From assembly GCA_041601615.1 (NCBI GenBank), contig JBFIHX010000003.1, positions 128,001 to 192,000 of the forward strand: a stretch of DNA of 64,000 nt. The letters run 5' to 3'. Made by a program: the position numbers and the translations under genes. How positions within the stretch are numbered: the first letter of the stretch is position 1; each line of letters opens with the position of its first letter. The notes under the pieces are model-generated. The model made no database searches. It was not told the origin of the DNA and worked only from the letters and a program-made list of their open reading frames with translations. Positions 10,570 through 20,228 of this stretch are shown piece after piece. Source of the DNA: Thermoplasmatota archaeon. Lineage in GTDB: Archaea > Thermoplasmatota > E2 > JACPAO01 > JAHFTW01.

Positions 10570-10660
10570 AGCGAACGCCGTCTGTGACCGCTCCCCGTCT
10601 GGCCCTGGTGCCATACTTTGGCAACCCCGACCCCCGGTTCGTCGACTTTGTCAACCAACT

Positions 10661-10859
10661 GCCCAAGCCCTCGGTCGGTCTACTTCGACCACTGCCGTCA
10701 GGCTTGTGCGGCTTCCGCTCCGCTTCAGCCGCCCAAGCCCTCATCCGGGCCGCCGGCGACCCGGAATCCGGCTTGCGCGTGCCTCGCTGCGCTCGCCCCG
10801 CCCAAGCCATCAAATACACCCCGTGTCTCGCGCCGCCCAAGCCCCTCCTGCTACAGGAG
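10661..10859. repeat. Cluster of REP-like palindromic units upstream of the ATP synthase operon
   Basis: Two 39-nt units GGCTTG...GCCCAAGCC at 10701-10739 and 10770-10808; GCCCAAGCC also at 10661 and 10835; hairpin CTCCTG-CTA-CAGGAG 10845-10859. Confidence 0.55.
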
Positions 10860-10880
10860 TGGCATTATGGGTGATCCCCC

Positions 10881-11198
10881 TTGAAGAGCGAACTGCTGCT
10901 GCGGATCAAGGATGCGGAAACGGCTGCCGCGACACGTATGTCGGAGGCGGAATCGCAGGCGAAAGCGATTCTAGCCGAGGCGCGCCGCCAGGCTGAGACA
11001 GTCCTCATCGAGGGCAAGGCTCAGGCCGACGCCGCATACCACGACCGGATCGCCGAAGTGCGCGCCGAAGCCGAAGAGGAAGCCAAGAAGGCCCTCTCTT
11101 CCGGTAAGCGCCAGGCGACGAACCTCCGAAAGAAGTTCGAGTCCGGCGTCGAGGGCGTCACGGACCGCGTCCTGAAGCTCTTTGAGGAGTCGCTCTAG
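10881..11198 (+). CDS. atpH: A-type ATP synthase subunit H
   Basis: First gene of the operon, charged coiled coil LLRIKDAE..AE..A..I, GGTGA SD before TTG. Confidence 0.85.
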   Translation: MKSELLLRIKDAETAAATRMSEAESQAKAILAEARRQAETVLIEGKAQADAAYHDRIAEVRAEAEEEAKKALSSGKRQATNLRKKFESGVEGVTDRVLKLFEESL

Positions 11199-11199
11199 G

Positions 11200-13473
11200 A
11201 TGTTCAAGCCGGCTCGCATGACCCGCGTTCTCCTGGGCGGTCACAAAGACCACCTGGACGACGTCATTGAAACCCTGCACAAGGAAGGTGCCGTCCACCT
11301 GGAGGACTACGAGGATCCCACGGGCATCACCTCCATTGGCACCCCTCTGCACGCCGGTGACGCACTCAGCGGCCACCTCGTGCACGCCCGCGGGCTCTTG
11401 AAGTCCATCGGCGCCGAGGGCCTCCGCGGCAAGGTCATGCAGCCGAACGACCCCGACGCAATCCTTGCCGAAGCCAGCGCCGCCATCCACCCCGCGATGG
11501 ATGAGCTGACGCAGCTTCGATCCGCTCTGGCCGCCACGGACGCCGAAACAAGCGCCCTTGCTCCCTTTGCATCCCTGGACACCGACCTAGCAATGCTTGG
11601 CGGCGTCTCCTCCATTCGCGGCGTGCTGGACACCGTCCGCGAGGACCCCCGTCCTGCACTCACCGCCGCCGGCATCGAATTCGAAGCCGAACTGGACGGT
11701 CACGCGATCGCTCTGGCCGTTGCTGCCTCGGATGCGGCCGCAACGGACAAAATCCTCTCCAACGCGGGCTTCTCCGCCGCCAACGTGCCCCCCACAACCG
11801 GCACGCCCGCTAAGCGCCTTGCTGAGCTGGCCACAACCGGCAGCGACCTCCTGGCCCAAATTGGCGCCGCCGAAGCCGCCATCGTCGCGCTATGTGAGGA
11901 ATGGGGCCCCCGCCTCGCCGCCCTTGAGCGCCACCTTGCGCAACAAGTCGAAAAGACCCAAGCGCCCCTGTCCTTTGCAGTGACGGAGACCACCTTCCAC
12001 GTTGAAGGCTGGGTGCCCGTCAACAAAGCCAACCGCCTGCAAAACGCACTCGCGGCACGCTACGGCGACAGCATTTACTTCGAATCCCTCGGCGACGCGC
12101 CCCGCGGCCACGAAGACCACGCGCACAGCCACGCAGACGGCGACGACCATGGTCACGACCATGGCCACGACCACGGCGACCACGACCACCACGAGGTCGA
12201 CGCCAAGGACGAGGCGCCCGTACACCTCGAAAACAAGGGACTTGCCAAGCCCTACGAATTCATGCTCGGCCTCCTGGGGCGCCCTCGCTACGGCGAATTG
12301 GACCCCACCAAGCTGATGCTCATCTTCTTCCCCCTGTTCTTCGGCCTCATGGTGGGCGACCTTCTCGTCGGCCTCGCCATCATGGGCGTGGGACAGCTCC
12401 TGAAGACCAAGAAAATCTTCGGCATCGGCGGTCCCGCCGTCGGCCGCGCCCTCGTCATGGGCGGTTTCATGGCCGTCATCGTCGGCGCCTTCGTGTTCGG
12501 AGAAGCGCTCGGTATCCACTTCGTTGTGGATGACCACGCGCTCGAAGAGGGCGAGCCTTCCTGGGAAATGATTCTCGGGCTCGACATTCCCTACGAAGAC
12601 GAACCCCACGGATTCCTCTACAAGACCGGCCACGCGCCCACCGCCGACACCCACGCTCTCGAAGGCGGAACGGCGGCGGCGATGCTCGGAGCCGACCCCA
12701 ATGGCTCCCCTGCCGATCCCCACGGTGGCGCGCCCGACGTGACCACCCAAGCCTCGCACGACACTGGACACGAATCCGCAGACGACGGCCACGGAGCCGA
12801 CGATGAACACAGTGGAGGCATCTTGACCCCCCACAGCGACGTACACCTCAGCGCTGCGGGCTTCGTCAATCTCGGATACTACTCCAAGATCCACGACATC
12901 CAAGCCCTGTTGGTTTGGAGCATCATCATCGCCGTGGTCCACCTTGTGCTGGGCCTCGTGCTCGGTGTGCGCAACGTCGCCGCCAGCCACGGCATCGCCC
13001 TCGCGGTGCAAGAAAAGGTAAGCTGGCTCATCATCCTCGCAAGTGTTCCCGTCGTCCTTCTCGCAGGAGGCAACACAGCCCTGTTGGCAGGAGGCGTAGG
13101 AGCGCTCGTCATCGGCCTCGTTCTGCTCTGGATTGGGACCGCAAAGGTGCTCGGTGTCGGCTTCGTGTCGCTTCTGGAAGTGCTTGGCTTTGCCGGCAAC
13201 ATCCTATCCTACACGCGTCTAGCCGCCATTGGCGCTAGCAAAGCTGGTATGGCCCTGGCCTTCATGGCCATCGGCTTCGATGTCATTGGTGGCGGAAGCT
13301 ATCACAGCATCGCTGGCTGGATCATCTATCTCATCGGTATGGCCGGAATCACGGCTTTGGCCATGCTCTCTGGCGGACTGCAAAGTCTGCGTCTTCAGTT
13401 CGTGGAGTTCTTCGGAAAGTTCTACACGGGCGGGGGGCGCACTTATGGCCCATTCGGGGGTCGCCGCGCCTAG
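11200..13473 (+). CDS. atpI: A-type ATP synthase subunit I (a) with His-rich insertions
   Basis: MFKPARM, EGWVP, P.YGELDPT, FFGLMVGD, NILSYTRLAA, LQSLRLQFVEFFGKFY.GGG. Confidence 0.95.
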   Translation: MFKPARMTRVLLGGHKDHLDDVIETLHKEGAVHLEDYEDPTGITSIGTPLHAGDALSGHLVHARGLLKSIGAEGLRGKVMQPNDPDAILAEASAAIHPAMDELTQLRSALAATDAETSALAPFASLDTDLAMLGGVSSIRGVLDTVREDPRPALTAAGIEFEAELDGHAIALAVAASDAAATDKILSNAGFSAANVPPTTGTPAKRLAELATTGSDLLAQIGAAEAAIVALCEEWGPRLAALERHLAQQVEKTQAPLSFAVTETTFHVEGWVPVNKANRLQNALAARYGDSIYFESLGDAPRGHEDHAHSHADGDDHGHDHGHDHGDHDHHEVDAKDEAPVHLENKGLAKPYEFMLGLLGRPRYGELDPTKLMLIFFPLFFGLMVGDLLVGLAIMGVGQLLKTKKIFGIGGPAVGRALVMGGFMAVIVGAFVFGEALGIHFVVDDHALEEGEPSWEMILGLDIPYEDEPHGFLYKTGHAPTADTHALEGGTAAAMLGADPNGSPADPHGGAPDVTTQASHDTGHESADDGHGADDEHSGGILTPHSDVHLSAAGFVNLGYYSKIHDIQALLVWSIIIAVVHLVLGLVLGVRNVAASHGIALAVQEKVSWLIILASVPVVLLAGGNTALLAGGVGALVIGLVLLWIGTAKVLGVGFVSLLEVLGFAGNILSYTRLAAIGASKAGMALAFMAIGFDVIGGGSYHSIAGWIIYLIGMAGITALAMLSGGLQSLRLQFVEFFGKFYTGGGRTYGPFGGRRA

Positions 13474-13567
13474 GCCCCTTGGGGCAACCATCCAACTCCC
13501 TTCCCCCTCACTCTTTCCCTCAACGCCCGGAGGTAAAACGGGCACCAAACAAAGGAGAGAAAAAATC

Positions 13568-13792
13568 ATGGCTATCGAAGCAGGCCTCATGGCCATCGGC
13601 GCAGGTCTCGCAGTCGGTCTTGCCGGTATCGGCACCGGTCTCGCCCAGTACAGCATCGGCGCGGCTGCCGTTGGCGCCACCGCCGAAGACGAGAAGAACT
13701 TCGGTAAGGGCCTCGTCCTTACCGTCATTCCTGAGACCATTGTGATCTTCGGTCTCGTCATGGCAATCCTGCTCTGGCTCAAGATCGCCTAG
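13568..13792 (+). CDS. atpK: A-type ATP synthase subunit K (c, single hairpin)
   Basis: AIGAGLAVGLAG..AQ..IGAAAVGA.AE...IPETIVIFGL; GGAG SD upstream. Confidence 0.95.
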   Translation: MAIEAGLMAIGAGLAVGLAGIGTGLAQYSIGAAAVGATAEDEKNFGKGLVLTVIPETIVIFGLVMAILLWLKIA

Positions 13793-13805
13793 AGAGGAAT
13801 CCACG

Positions 13806-14357
13806 ATGGGACTGGAACAGGTCATCGGTGAAGTCCGCCGCGACGGCGACGCCCGAGCCCAAAAGCTACTCGACGATGCCCGAGCCCAGGCGGCCAAGCT
13901 GGTTGCCGAAGCAGAGGCTCAGGCCGGCTCCTACAGTGAGTCGCGCCTGGCACAGGCCGAAAAAGACGCCGAACAAACGCGTGCGCAAGTGCTCAGCTCT
14001 GCTGGGTTTGCGTCGCGTAAACTCGGTTTGACGGCCGAAGCGCAACTGCGCGACGAACTGCGAACCACGCTGATTGCAGGCTTCACCGCCTTGCCCCAGA
14101 AGGTACGCGACGCGCACGTCAAGAAGCTCCTAGCCACCGCAGCCGATGTGCTTGGCGGCGGCAAGGTCTGGGCGGCAAAGCAGGACGAGAAAGCAGCATC
14201 CGCCGGCAAGTTCACCTTCGCCGGAACGCTGGAAGGGGCAGGAGGCATCATCGCAGAGAGCGACGAAGGCACCCAACGCCTTGACTTGCGCTACGAGACG
14301 CTCCTGAACGACCTGTGGCGCGACGTGTTGCGAGAGGAAGCTGGACTATTCAGTTGA
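13806..14357 (+). CDS. atpE: A-type ATP synthase subunit E
   Basis: MGLEQVIGEV, coiled coil, GGIIAES..RLDLRYETLL; operon position. Confidence 0.92.
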   Translation: MGLEQVIGEVRRDGDARAQKLLDDARAQAAKLVAEAEAQAGSYSESRLAQAEKDAEQTRAQVLSSAGFASRKLGLTAEAQLRDELRTTLIAGFTALPQKVRDAHVKKLLATAADVLGGGKVWAAKQDEKAASAGKFTFAGTLEGAGGIIAESDEGTQRLDLRYETLLNDLWRDVLREEAGLFS

Positions 14358-14365
14358 GGATTACC

Positions 14366-15436
14366 GTGCTGCGCATCAAGGGAAGCAAGAAGACGAACTA
14401 CGCCTACGCCACTGCGCGTGTCCAGGCTCGCCGTTCGAAGCTCATTCCCGAGTCCGAATACGAGAAGCTGCTGAAGATGGACTTGAGTGAAATCACTCGG
14501 TACATCGAGGACTCCACGTACAAGACGGAGGTAGACGAACTGTCTGGGCGCTTCGGTGGCCTAGACCTGCTCGAAGCGGCTTTGACGGTCAACGAAGAGC
14601 GTGCCGATGCGTCGGTCCGCCGCATGGTGGATGGAGAAGGAGGGGCCTTGGTCTCTCTCTGGCTCCAGCGCCACCTCGTCAATGACCTCAAGACTGTTTT
14701 GCGCGGAAAGCAAGGCGGCGCGAGTCGCGAGGAGCTTCTCAAAGAGTTGCTCTTGGAGGACTTGGACACCTACAACGTGTTCCAGCCTCTGCTTGCGGAC
14801 GACGTGCGCACAACGGAGGACATCATCGCGGTGCTCGAACGCCAGGGCCAAGTCGGTTCCGACTGGGCCCGTGTGCTCAAGACCGTGCCGTCCGACTCCG
14901 GTTTGTCCAGCTACGAGGATGCACTCGACAAGGCCTACTACGGTCAACTCGTGGAAAGCCTCGAACAAAGTCGCCAGAAGGGCGCCGATTTGATGCTCGC
15001 TTTCGTGCGCCATGAAATCGACGCCGTCAACCTCCAGAACGCCGCCCGCTGGGTTGCCTCCGGACAAAAGACGGACTTCTCTGCGTATGTGGTTCCCGGC
15101 GGCAAGATTGTCCGCATCAAGGACGCCATGGCCTTGAGCCAAATGGAGGACTTGTCCGCTTTCGTGGAAGGAATCGCAGAACTTGGCTTGCCCCAGTCCC
15201 TCGTGGACGCCTTGCGCGTCGGCGTGGAAGCGGGACGGCTTGCGCCTTTCCAATCTGCCCTGCGCACCTGGCACTTTGCGGAACTTGATCGCCTTGGCCA
15301 CCAAGCCCCGCTCTCCATTGTCCCCATCTTACTCTATCTTGCCCGGAAGCACCGTGAAGTCATGCGCCTGCGCGCACTGGCCCGCGGCCGCGCTGCCGGG
15401 TTGTCGGAAGCACGCCTGAAGGAGTTGATCGCATGA
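14366..15436 (+). CDS. atpC: A-type ATP synthase subunit C
   Basis: NYAYATARVQARRSKL, ALDKAYY, EID..NL, PLS..P.L.YL..K..EV..LR..ARG; GTG after GAGG. Confidence 0.92.
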   Translation: MLRIKGSKKTNYAYATARVQARRSKLIPESEYEKLLKMDLSEITRYIEDSTYKTEVDELSGRFGGLDLLEAALTVNEERADASVRRMVDGEGGALVSLWLQRHLVNDLKTVLRGKQGGASREELLKELLLEDLDTYNVFQPLLADDVRTTEDIIAVLERQGQVGSDWARVLKTVPSDSGLSSYEDALDKAYYGQLVESLEQSRQKGADLMLAFVRHEIDAVNLQNAARWVASGQKTDFSAYVVPGGKIVRIKDAMALSQMEDLSAFVEGIAELGLPQSLVDALRVGVEAGRLAPFQSALRTWHFAELDRLGHQAPLSIVPILLYLARKHREVMRLRALARGRAAGLSEARLKELIA

Positions 15437-15729
15437 CCGAAATCGCGGTTGTCGGCTCCGAACGGTTCACGCTTGGGTTCCGGCTTGCCGGGATCCGCAA
15501 AGTATGGATCACAGAGGCCTCGGACTTGGAGCGCCACGCGCGCCAGGCCATGGCAGACGAAGATGTTAGCATTCTCGTCATGGAGACCAGCGATGTCTCC
15601 TCGCTCGATGCACGGTTGCGAAACGAACTCGTAACAAGCGTCAAGCCCACCCTCGTCGCCGTAGGGACGGACGAGGACAACACTCTTCGAGAGAAGATCA
15701 AGCAAGCAGTCGGTGTAGACCTATGGTAA
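15433..15729 (+). CDS. atpF: A-type ATP synthase subunit F
   Basis: IAVVG...[24 protein letters not shown]. Confidence 0.95.
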   Translation: MTEIAVVGSERFTLGFRLAGIRKVWITEASDLERHARQAMADEDVSILVMETSDVSSLDARLRNELVTSVKPTLVAVGTDEDNTLREKIKQAVGVDLW

Positions 15730-17492
15730 GCCAGAATGGAACCGTGTACCGCGTCTCCGGTCCTGTCGTGACCGCCAAGGGCATCACGCCCCGCATGTAC
15801 GATATCGTACGCGTGGGCGATGAGCGCCTGATGGGCGAAGTCATCCAGATCGAGGGAGACAAGAGCATCATCCAGGTGTACGAGGACACCTCCGGCGTCA
15901 AGCCTGGCGAACCTGTTGCGAACACGGGTCTGCCGCTCGTCGTCGAATTGGGTCCCGGCCTGATGACCAGCATTTACGATGGAATCCAGCGCCCGCTGGA
16001 GGTCCTCCAGAGCCAAATGGGCGACTTCATCCTTCGTGGTGTGGACGTTCCTGGCCTGGACCACGAGAAAAAGTGGGATTTCACTGCCACCGTCAAGGTA
16101 GGCGACGAAGTCGGCCCCGGCGAGGCCCTCGGCACCGTGCAAGAGACGAGCACCGTCCTGCACACCATCATGCTGCCTCCGGACCAGCCCGCGGGCAAGG
16201 TCAAGAGCATCAAGAGCGGCTCCTACAACGTCGATGAGGTCATTGGTACCCTCGACAACGGCGTCGAGCTTCGCCTGGCCCACAAGTGGCCAGTACGAAA
16301 GCCCCGCCCGTACACCGAGAAGCAGCTGCCAACGATTCCCCTCAACACCGGCATGCGCATCCTGGACGGCTTGTTCCCGATTGCCAAGGGTGGCACCGCT
16401 GCCATTCCAGGTCCCTTCGGATCCGGCAAGACGGTGACCCAGCAATCCCTGGCCAAGTACTCGGACGCACAGGTCGTGGTGTACATCGGTTGCGGCGAAC
16501 GCGGCAACGAGATGACGGAAGTTCTGGACGAGTTCCCGGAGCTTCCTGACCCCACCAACGAAGGTGAGCCCCTGATGGCACGCACCTGCCTCATTGCCAA
16601 CACGAGCAACATGCCCGTGGCGGCCCGTGAAGCAAGCTGCTACACCGGCATCACCATGGCCGAGTACTACCGTGACATGGGCTACGATGTGGCCCTGATG
16701 GCCGACTCGACCTCGCGCTGGGCAGAAGCCATGCGTGAAATCAGCAGCCGTCTCGAAGAAATGCCCGGTGAGGAAGGCTACCCTGCTTACCTCAGTGCCC
16801 GCCTGAGCGAGTTCTACGAACGCGCCGGTCGCTGCACCACACTCAACGGCCGCGAAGGGTCCGTCACCGCCATCGGTGCCGTGTCTCCTGCCGGCGGTGA
16901 CTTCTCCGAACCCGTCACGCAAGCTACCCTGCGCATTGTGAAGGTGTTCTGGGCCCTAGACGCCAAGCTCGCCCAGCGCCGTCACTTCCCCGCCATCAAC
17001 TGGCTCAACTCGTACAGTCTGTACCCCGAATTCTTGACGGAGTACTACGCCGAGCACGCCGCTGAGGACTGGGATGCCACCAAGAGCCACGCCATGGATC
17101 TGCTTCAGAAGGAAGCCGAACTCCAGGAAATCGTGCAGCTCGTCGGTTCCGACGCCCTGCCGCCGGAGCAACAAATCACCCTAGAGACCGCACGTCTTCT
17201 GCGTGAAATCTTCCTGCAACAGAACGGCTTCGACGCAATCGATGCAAGCAGCAACCTCGAGAAGGACTACCTCCTTTGGAAGGCGATTCTGCGCTACGAT
17301 GGCATCGCCCAACAGGCCCTCAAGGACGGCGTACCCGCCAAGGACCTGGTCGGTATGCCCTTCAGCACCGAGCTTGCCCGCAGCCGCTTCGTCGCGGACT
17401 ACAAGGGAGCCATCGAGAAGTCGGTCCAGACCATGGACGCGGACTTCGAGGCCGCTCGCGGCACCACCAAGACCCTGGAGGTCGAAGCCTAA
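15723..17492 (+). CDS. atpA: A-type ATP synthase subunit A (catalytic)
   Basis: [43 protein letters not shown]; no intein. Confidence 0.98.
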   Translation: MVSQNGTVYRVSGPVVTAKGITPRMYDIVRVGDERLMGEVIQIEGDKSIIQVYEDTSGVKPGEPVANTGLPLVVELGPGLMTSIYDGIQRPLEVLQSQMGDFILRGVDVPGLDHEKKWDFTATVKVGDEVGPGEALGTVQETSTVLHTIMLPPDQPAGKVKSIKSGSYNVDEVIGTLDNGVELRLAHKWPVRKPRPYTEKQLPTIPLNTGMRILDGLFPIAKGGTAAIPGPFGSGKTVTQQSLAKYSDAQVVVYIGCGERGNEMTEVLDEFPELPDPTNEGEPLMARTCLIANTSNMPVAAREASCYTGITMAEYYRDMGYDVALMADSTSRWAEAMREISSRLEEMPGEEGYPAYLSARLSEFYERAGRCTTLNGREGSVTAIGAVSPAGGDFSEPVTQATLRIVKVFWALDAKLAQRRHFPAINWLNSYSLYPEFLTEYYAEHAAEDWDATKSHAMDLLQKEAELQEIVQLVGSDALPPEQQITLETARLLREIFLQQNGFDAIDASSNLEKDYLLWKAILRYDGIAQQALKDGVPAKDLVGMPFSTELARSRFVADYKGAIEKSVQTMDADFEAARGTTKTLEVEA

Positions 17493-18886
17493 TGGCGCAG
17501 AAAGAATACCGCACGATTCGCGGCATCAAAGGCCCGCTCGTGTTCGTCGAGAAGACCCACACGGTCGGCTACGGTGAACTGGTCGAACTGAAGCTGCCCG
17601 ATGGCGCCATGCGCCGCGGCCAAGTGCTCGACACCAGCGAGGACCAAGTGGTTGTCCAGGTGTTCGAGGGCACAGACGGCATCGACAACGACAAGACGAC
17701 GGTGAAGTTCCTCGGCGAAACCATCAAGTTTGGTCTCTCGAAGGAAATTCTCGGGCGTGTTTTCAGTGGCGCCGGCAGCCCCATCGACGGTGGCCCCGAA
17801 ATCATCCCGGACGAGTACCGGGACATTCTCGGCGCTGCCATCAACCCGTACAGCCGTGCCAGCCCCAAGGATTTCATCCAAACCGGCATCAGCACGATCG
17901 ACGGCAACAACAGCCTGGTCCGTGGCCAGAAGCTGCCCATCTTCTCGGGTAGTGGCTTGCCCCACAACGACATTGCGCTGCAAGTGGCCCGTCAAGCCAA
18001 GGTGCGCGGTGGCGACGGTGACTTCGCGGTCGTATTCGCAGCGATGGGTATCACCAACGAGGAAGCCAAGAAGTTCATGAACGAGTTCGAGCGCACCGGT
18101 GCCCTCGAACGCGCAGTCATCTTCCAGAACCTCGCCGACGACCCCGCCGTGGAGCGTCTCCTGACGCCCCGCCTGGCCCTAACCGCCGCTGAGTACCTCG
18201 CCTTCGATCTTGGCTACCACGTGCTCGTTATCTTCACGGATGTTACGAACTACTGTGAAGCTCTGCGTCAGATCGGTGCTGCTCGTGAAGAAGTGCCTGG
18301 TCGCCGTGGCTACCCCGGCTACATGTACACGGACCTAGCGTCCCTGTACGAACGCGCCGGCACCATCAAGGGCCGCCCCGGCTCCGTGACCCAGTTCCCT
18401 ATCCTGACGATGCCGGGCGACGACATCACCCACCCGATTCCCGACTTGTCGGGATACATCACGGAAGGGCAGATTGTCATCTCCCGTGAACTGCACCGCA
18501 AGGGCATCTACCCGCCGATCAACGTGCTTCCCAGCCTCTCCCGGCTGATGAACGCCGGTATCGGTGGCACGAAGACCCGCGACGACCACAAGAAGGTCAG
18601 CGACCAGTGCTACGCTCTCTACGCCGAGGGCCGTGACCTGCGTGGCCTCGTGGCCATTGTCGGCAAGGATGCGCTGTCGAAGCGTGACTTGCAGATTCTG
18701 GAATTCGCGGACTACTTCGAGAACGAGTACGTGCGCCAGGGCAAGGACGAAGACCGCAGCATCGAGGACACCCTCGATCTGGGTTGGAAGCTGCTTGCGA
18801 CCGTCGATCAGTCGATCCTGACTCGGATTGACCAGGAGACGCTCAACAAGTGGCACCCGGACAACCGTCAATCAGTCACGGCATAA
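17492..18886 (+). CDS. atpB: A-type ATP synthase subunit B
   Basis: [53 protein letters not shown]. Confidence 0.98.
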   Translation: MAQKEYRTIRGIKGPLVFVEKTHTVGYGELVELKLPDGAMRRGQVLDTSEDQVVVQVFEGTDGIDNDKTTVKFLGETIKFGLSKEILGRVFSGAGSPIDGGPEIIPDEYRDILGAAINPYSRASPKDFIQTGISTIDGNNSLVRGQKLPIFSGSGLPHNDIALQVARQAKVRGGDGDFAVVFAAMGITNEEAKKFMNEFERTGALERAVIFQNLADDPAVERLLTPRLALTAAEYLAFDLGYHVLVIFTDVTNYCEALRQIGAAREEVPGRRGYPGYMYTDLASLYERAGTIKGRPGSVTQFPILTMPGDDITHPIPDLSGYITEGQIVISRELHRKGIYPPINVLPSLSRLMNAGIGGTKTRDDHKKVSDQCYALYAEGRDLRGLVAIVGKDALSKRDLQILEFADYFENEYVRQGKDEDRSIEDTLDLGWKLLATVDQSILTRIDQETLNKWHPDNRQSVTA

Positions 18887-18908
18887 GCCGAAGATTGCAG
18901 ACGGCCAT

Positions 18909-18936
18909 TCCGCCTCCTCCTTCATCCTCCCTTTTG
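18909..18936 (+). terminator. Pyrimidine-rich putative terminator after atpB
   Basis: CCTCCTCCTTCATCCTCCCTTTT directly after the atpB stop. Confidence 0.4.
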
Positions 18937-19030
18937 AACCGATGCGCCGCGCTCCCGGCTCGGCGGCTATTCGGTTTCGTGTTGTCCTCGTACCGAGGAC
19001 GTTCACGAAGTGGCGAAGAGATTCGACTTC

Positions 19031-19285
19031 ATGCGAACCCAAGCCTTCGTGCTGCTCGCCGTAAAGTTGCTCGTGATTGCCTCCTCCGCCGAGGCTGAAC
19101 CTGGCCAGGGTGCCTCTTGAAGGCTCACCGACAACACCCTGTCCAGCATCAGCATTTCCGGCGAACCTACGAACCCGACCATCAGCGTGGACCCCGACCA
19201 GGGCAACAGCATTGAGTGCTATTATGGATGGCGGCAGACCTCCGTCTTCGCCTCGTTCCTTGAGATCGTCGGGCAGACTGAGTAA
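19031..19285 (+). pseudogene. Small secreted Cys-loop protein interrupted by an in-frame TGA (not in the ORF track)
   Basis: MRTQAFVLLAVKLLVIASSAEAEPGQGAS-TGA(19118-19120)-RLTDNTLSSISISGEPTNPTISVDPDQGNSIECYYGW...TE-TAA; same frame on both sides of the stop. Confidence 0.55.
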
Positions 19286-19331
19286 TGACATGGTGAAGTC
19301 GCTCAAGTAACCAAGGAATCTCGGCGAACCC

Positions 19332-20204
19332 ATGAAACCTTGGGCAATTTGGTTAATTGTACCGTTGATGTCTGGCTGCGTTGATGGATCCGACGAACAA
19401 AATGATGCGGGCCTTTTGAATTCGAAGGGGGATTCGAATTTGTTTGGAACGGCCATCAATGGAACAATGTGGGAAACTACTTTGGAAGGTCCAATGTCGA
19501 TTCTTTGGAAGTTCGAAGGGGACGGATTTTGTATCGTTCGGTTGAGTGCGTCTGGTCCTGGCGAGCTTGAAAAGCCGGCCATGATTGGCTACAACAATGG
19601 AGACTCCTGGAGATTTATATCTGGCACATTAATGTACAATAAGGCTAGGGTGGCAGACGTTGAGGTCGAAGATGACATTTTTCCCTTTACAAGCCCCCCC
19701 TACAGCTACGATACTTTGTCGCTAACTCTACGTGCTTCTGATTTACAGCTTTTTGTTTCAACAACCGATGCACATCCGGTCGATGGGTTGCAGGGTGCAT
19801 CCATCCACCTCATGTACCTGTGCGACGACAACGTTCGATTGGTTGGCGTTGAAGCCGGAAGGACCATGGTATATTGGGCGGGAGACACGGTGTCCGGCGA
19901 CTACGTGGTCGTTGGGGGTTCTGTGGCGGCGCATATCGCGGACGTTACGCAGACATTCGAGGCGCCGCAGGTTTTGCTCATAAGTGAAGAGCGAAGCGCC
20001 TCCTATGTCGGCACCGTCACATTGAACCACCCAACTGGAACAAAGACATTCGACTTGCCCACCGAACCAGTCCGCTTTGCAGGCGGACCCGGAGAATACC
20101 GGATGACCATGCAGCGGGCGGGGGTTTCAACCCCGATTATGCCCATTGCCCTGGTGGGACTGTACCCGCTCGAAAGCATGGATGAACTGGCGCTCCTCCG
20201 CTAG
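19332..20204 (+). CDS. Hypothetical lipoprotein, visibly lower GC
   Basis: MKPWAIWLIVPLMSGC lipobox; AT-richer codons than the flanks. Confidence 0.75.
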   Translation: MKPWAIWLIVPLMSGCVDGSDEQNDAGLLNSKGDSNLFGTAINGTMWETTLEGPMSILWKFEGDGFCIVRLSASGPGELEKPAMIGYNNGDSWRFISGTLMYNKARVADVEVEDDIFPFTSPPYSYDTLSLTLRASDLQLFVSTTDAHPVDGLQGASIHLMYLCDDNVRLVGVEAGRTMVYWAGDTVSGDYVVVGGSVAAHIADVTQTFEAPQVLLISEERSASYVGTVTLNHPTGTKTFDLPTEPVRFAGGPGEYRMTMQRAGVSTPIMPIALVGLYPLESMDELALLR

Positions 20205-20228
20205 TGGCGGTGCTCCAGGAATCGCCCG

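Noticed and set aside
10661-10844. Possible degenerate CRISPR (about 39-nt repeats, about 30-nt spacers)
   Set aside because: Only two full units, divergent in the middle, palindromic spacers and no cas genes; better described as REP-like
15723-17492. Intein in ATP synthase subunit A
   Set aside because: Length 589 aa and continuous sequence after Walker A; no intein motifs
18872-19582. 236-aa minus-strand ORF as a candidate atpD
   Set aside because: Wrong strand, no AtpD features; it is the antisense shadow of the 19031 and 19332 genes
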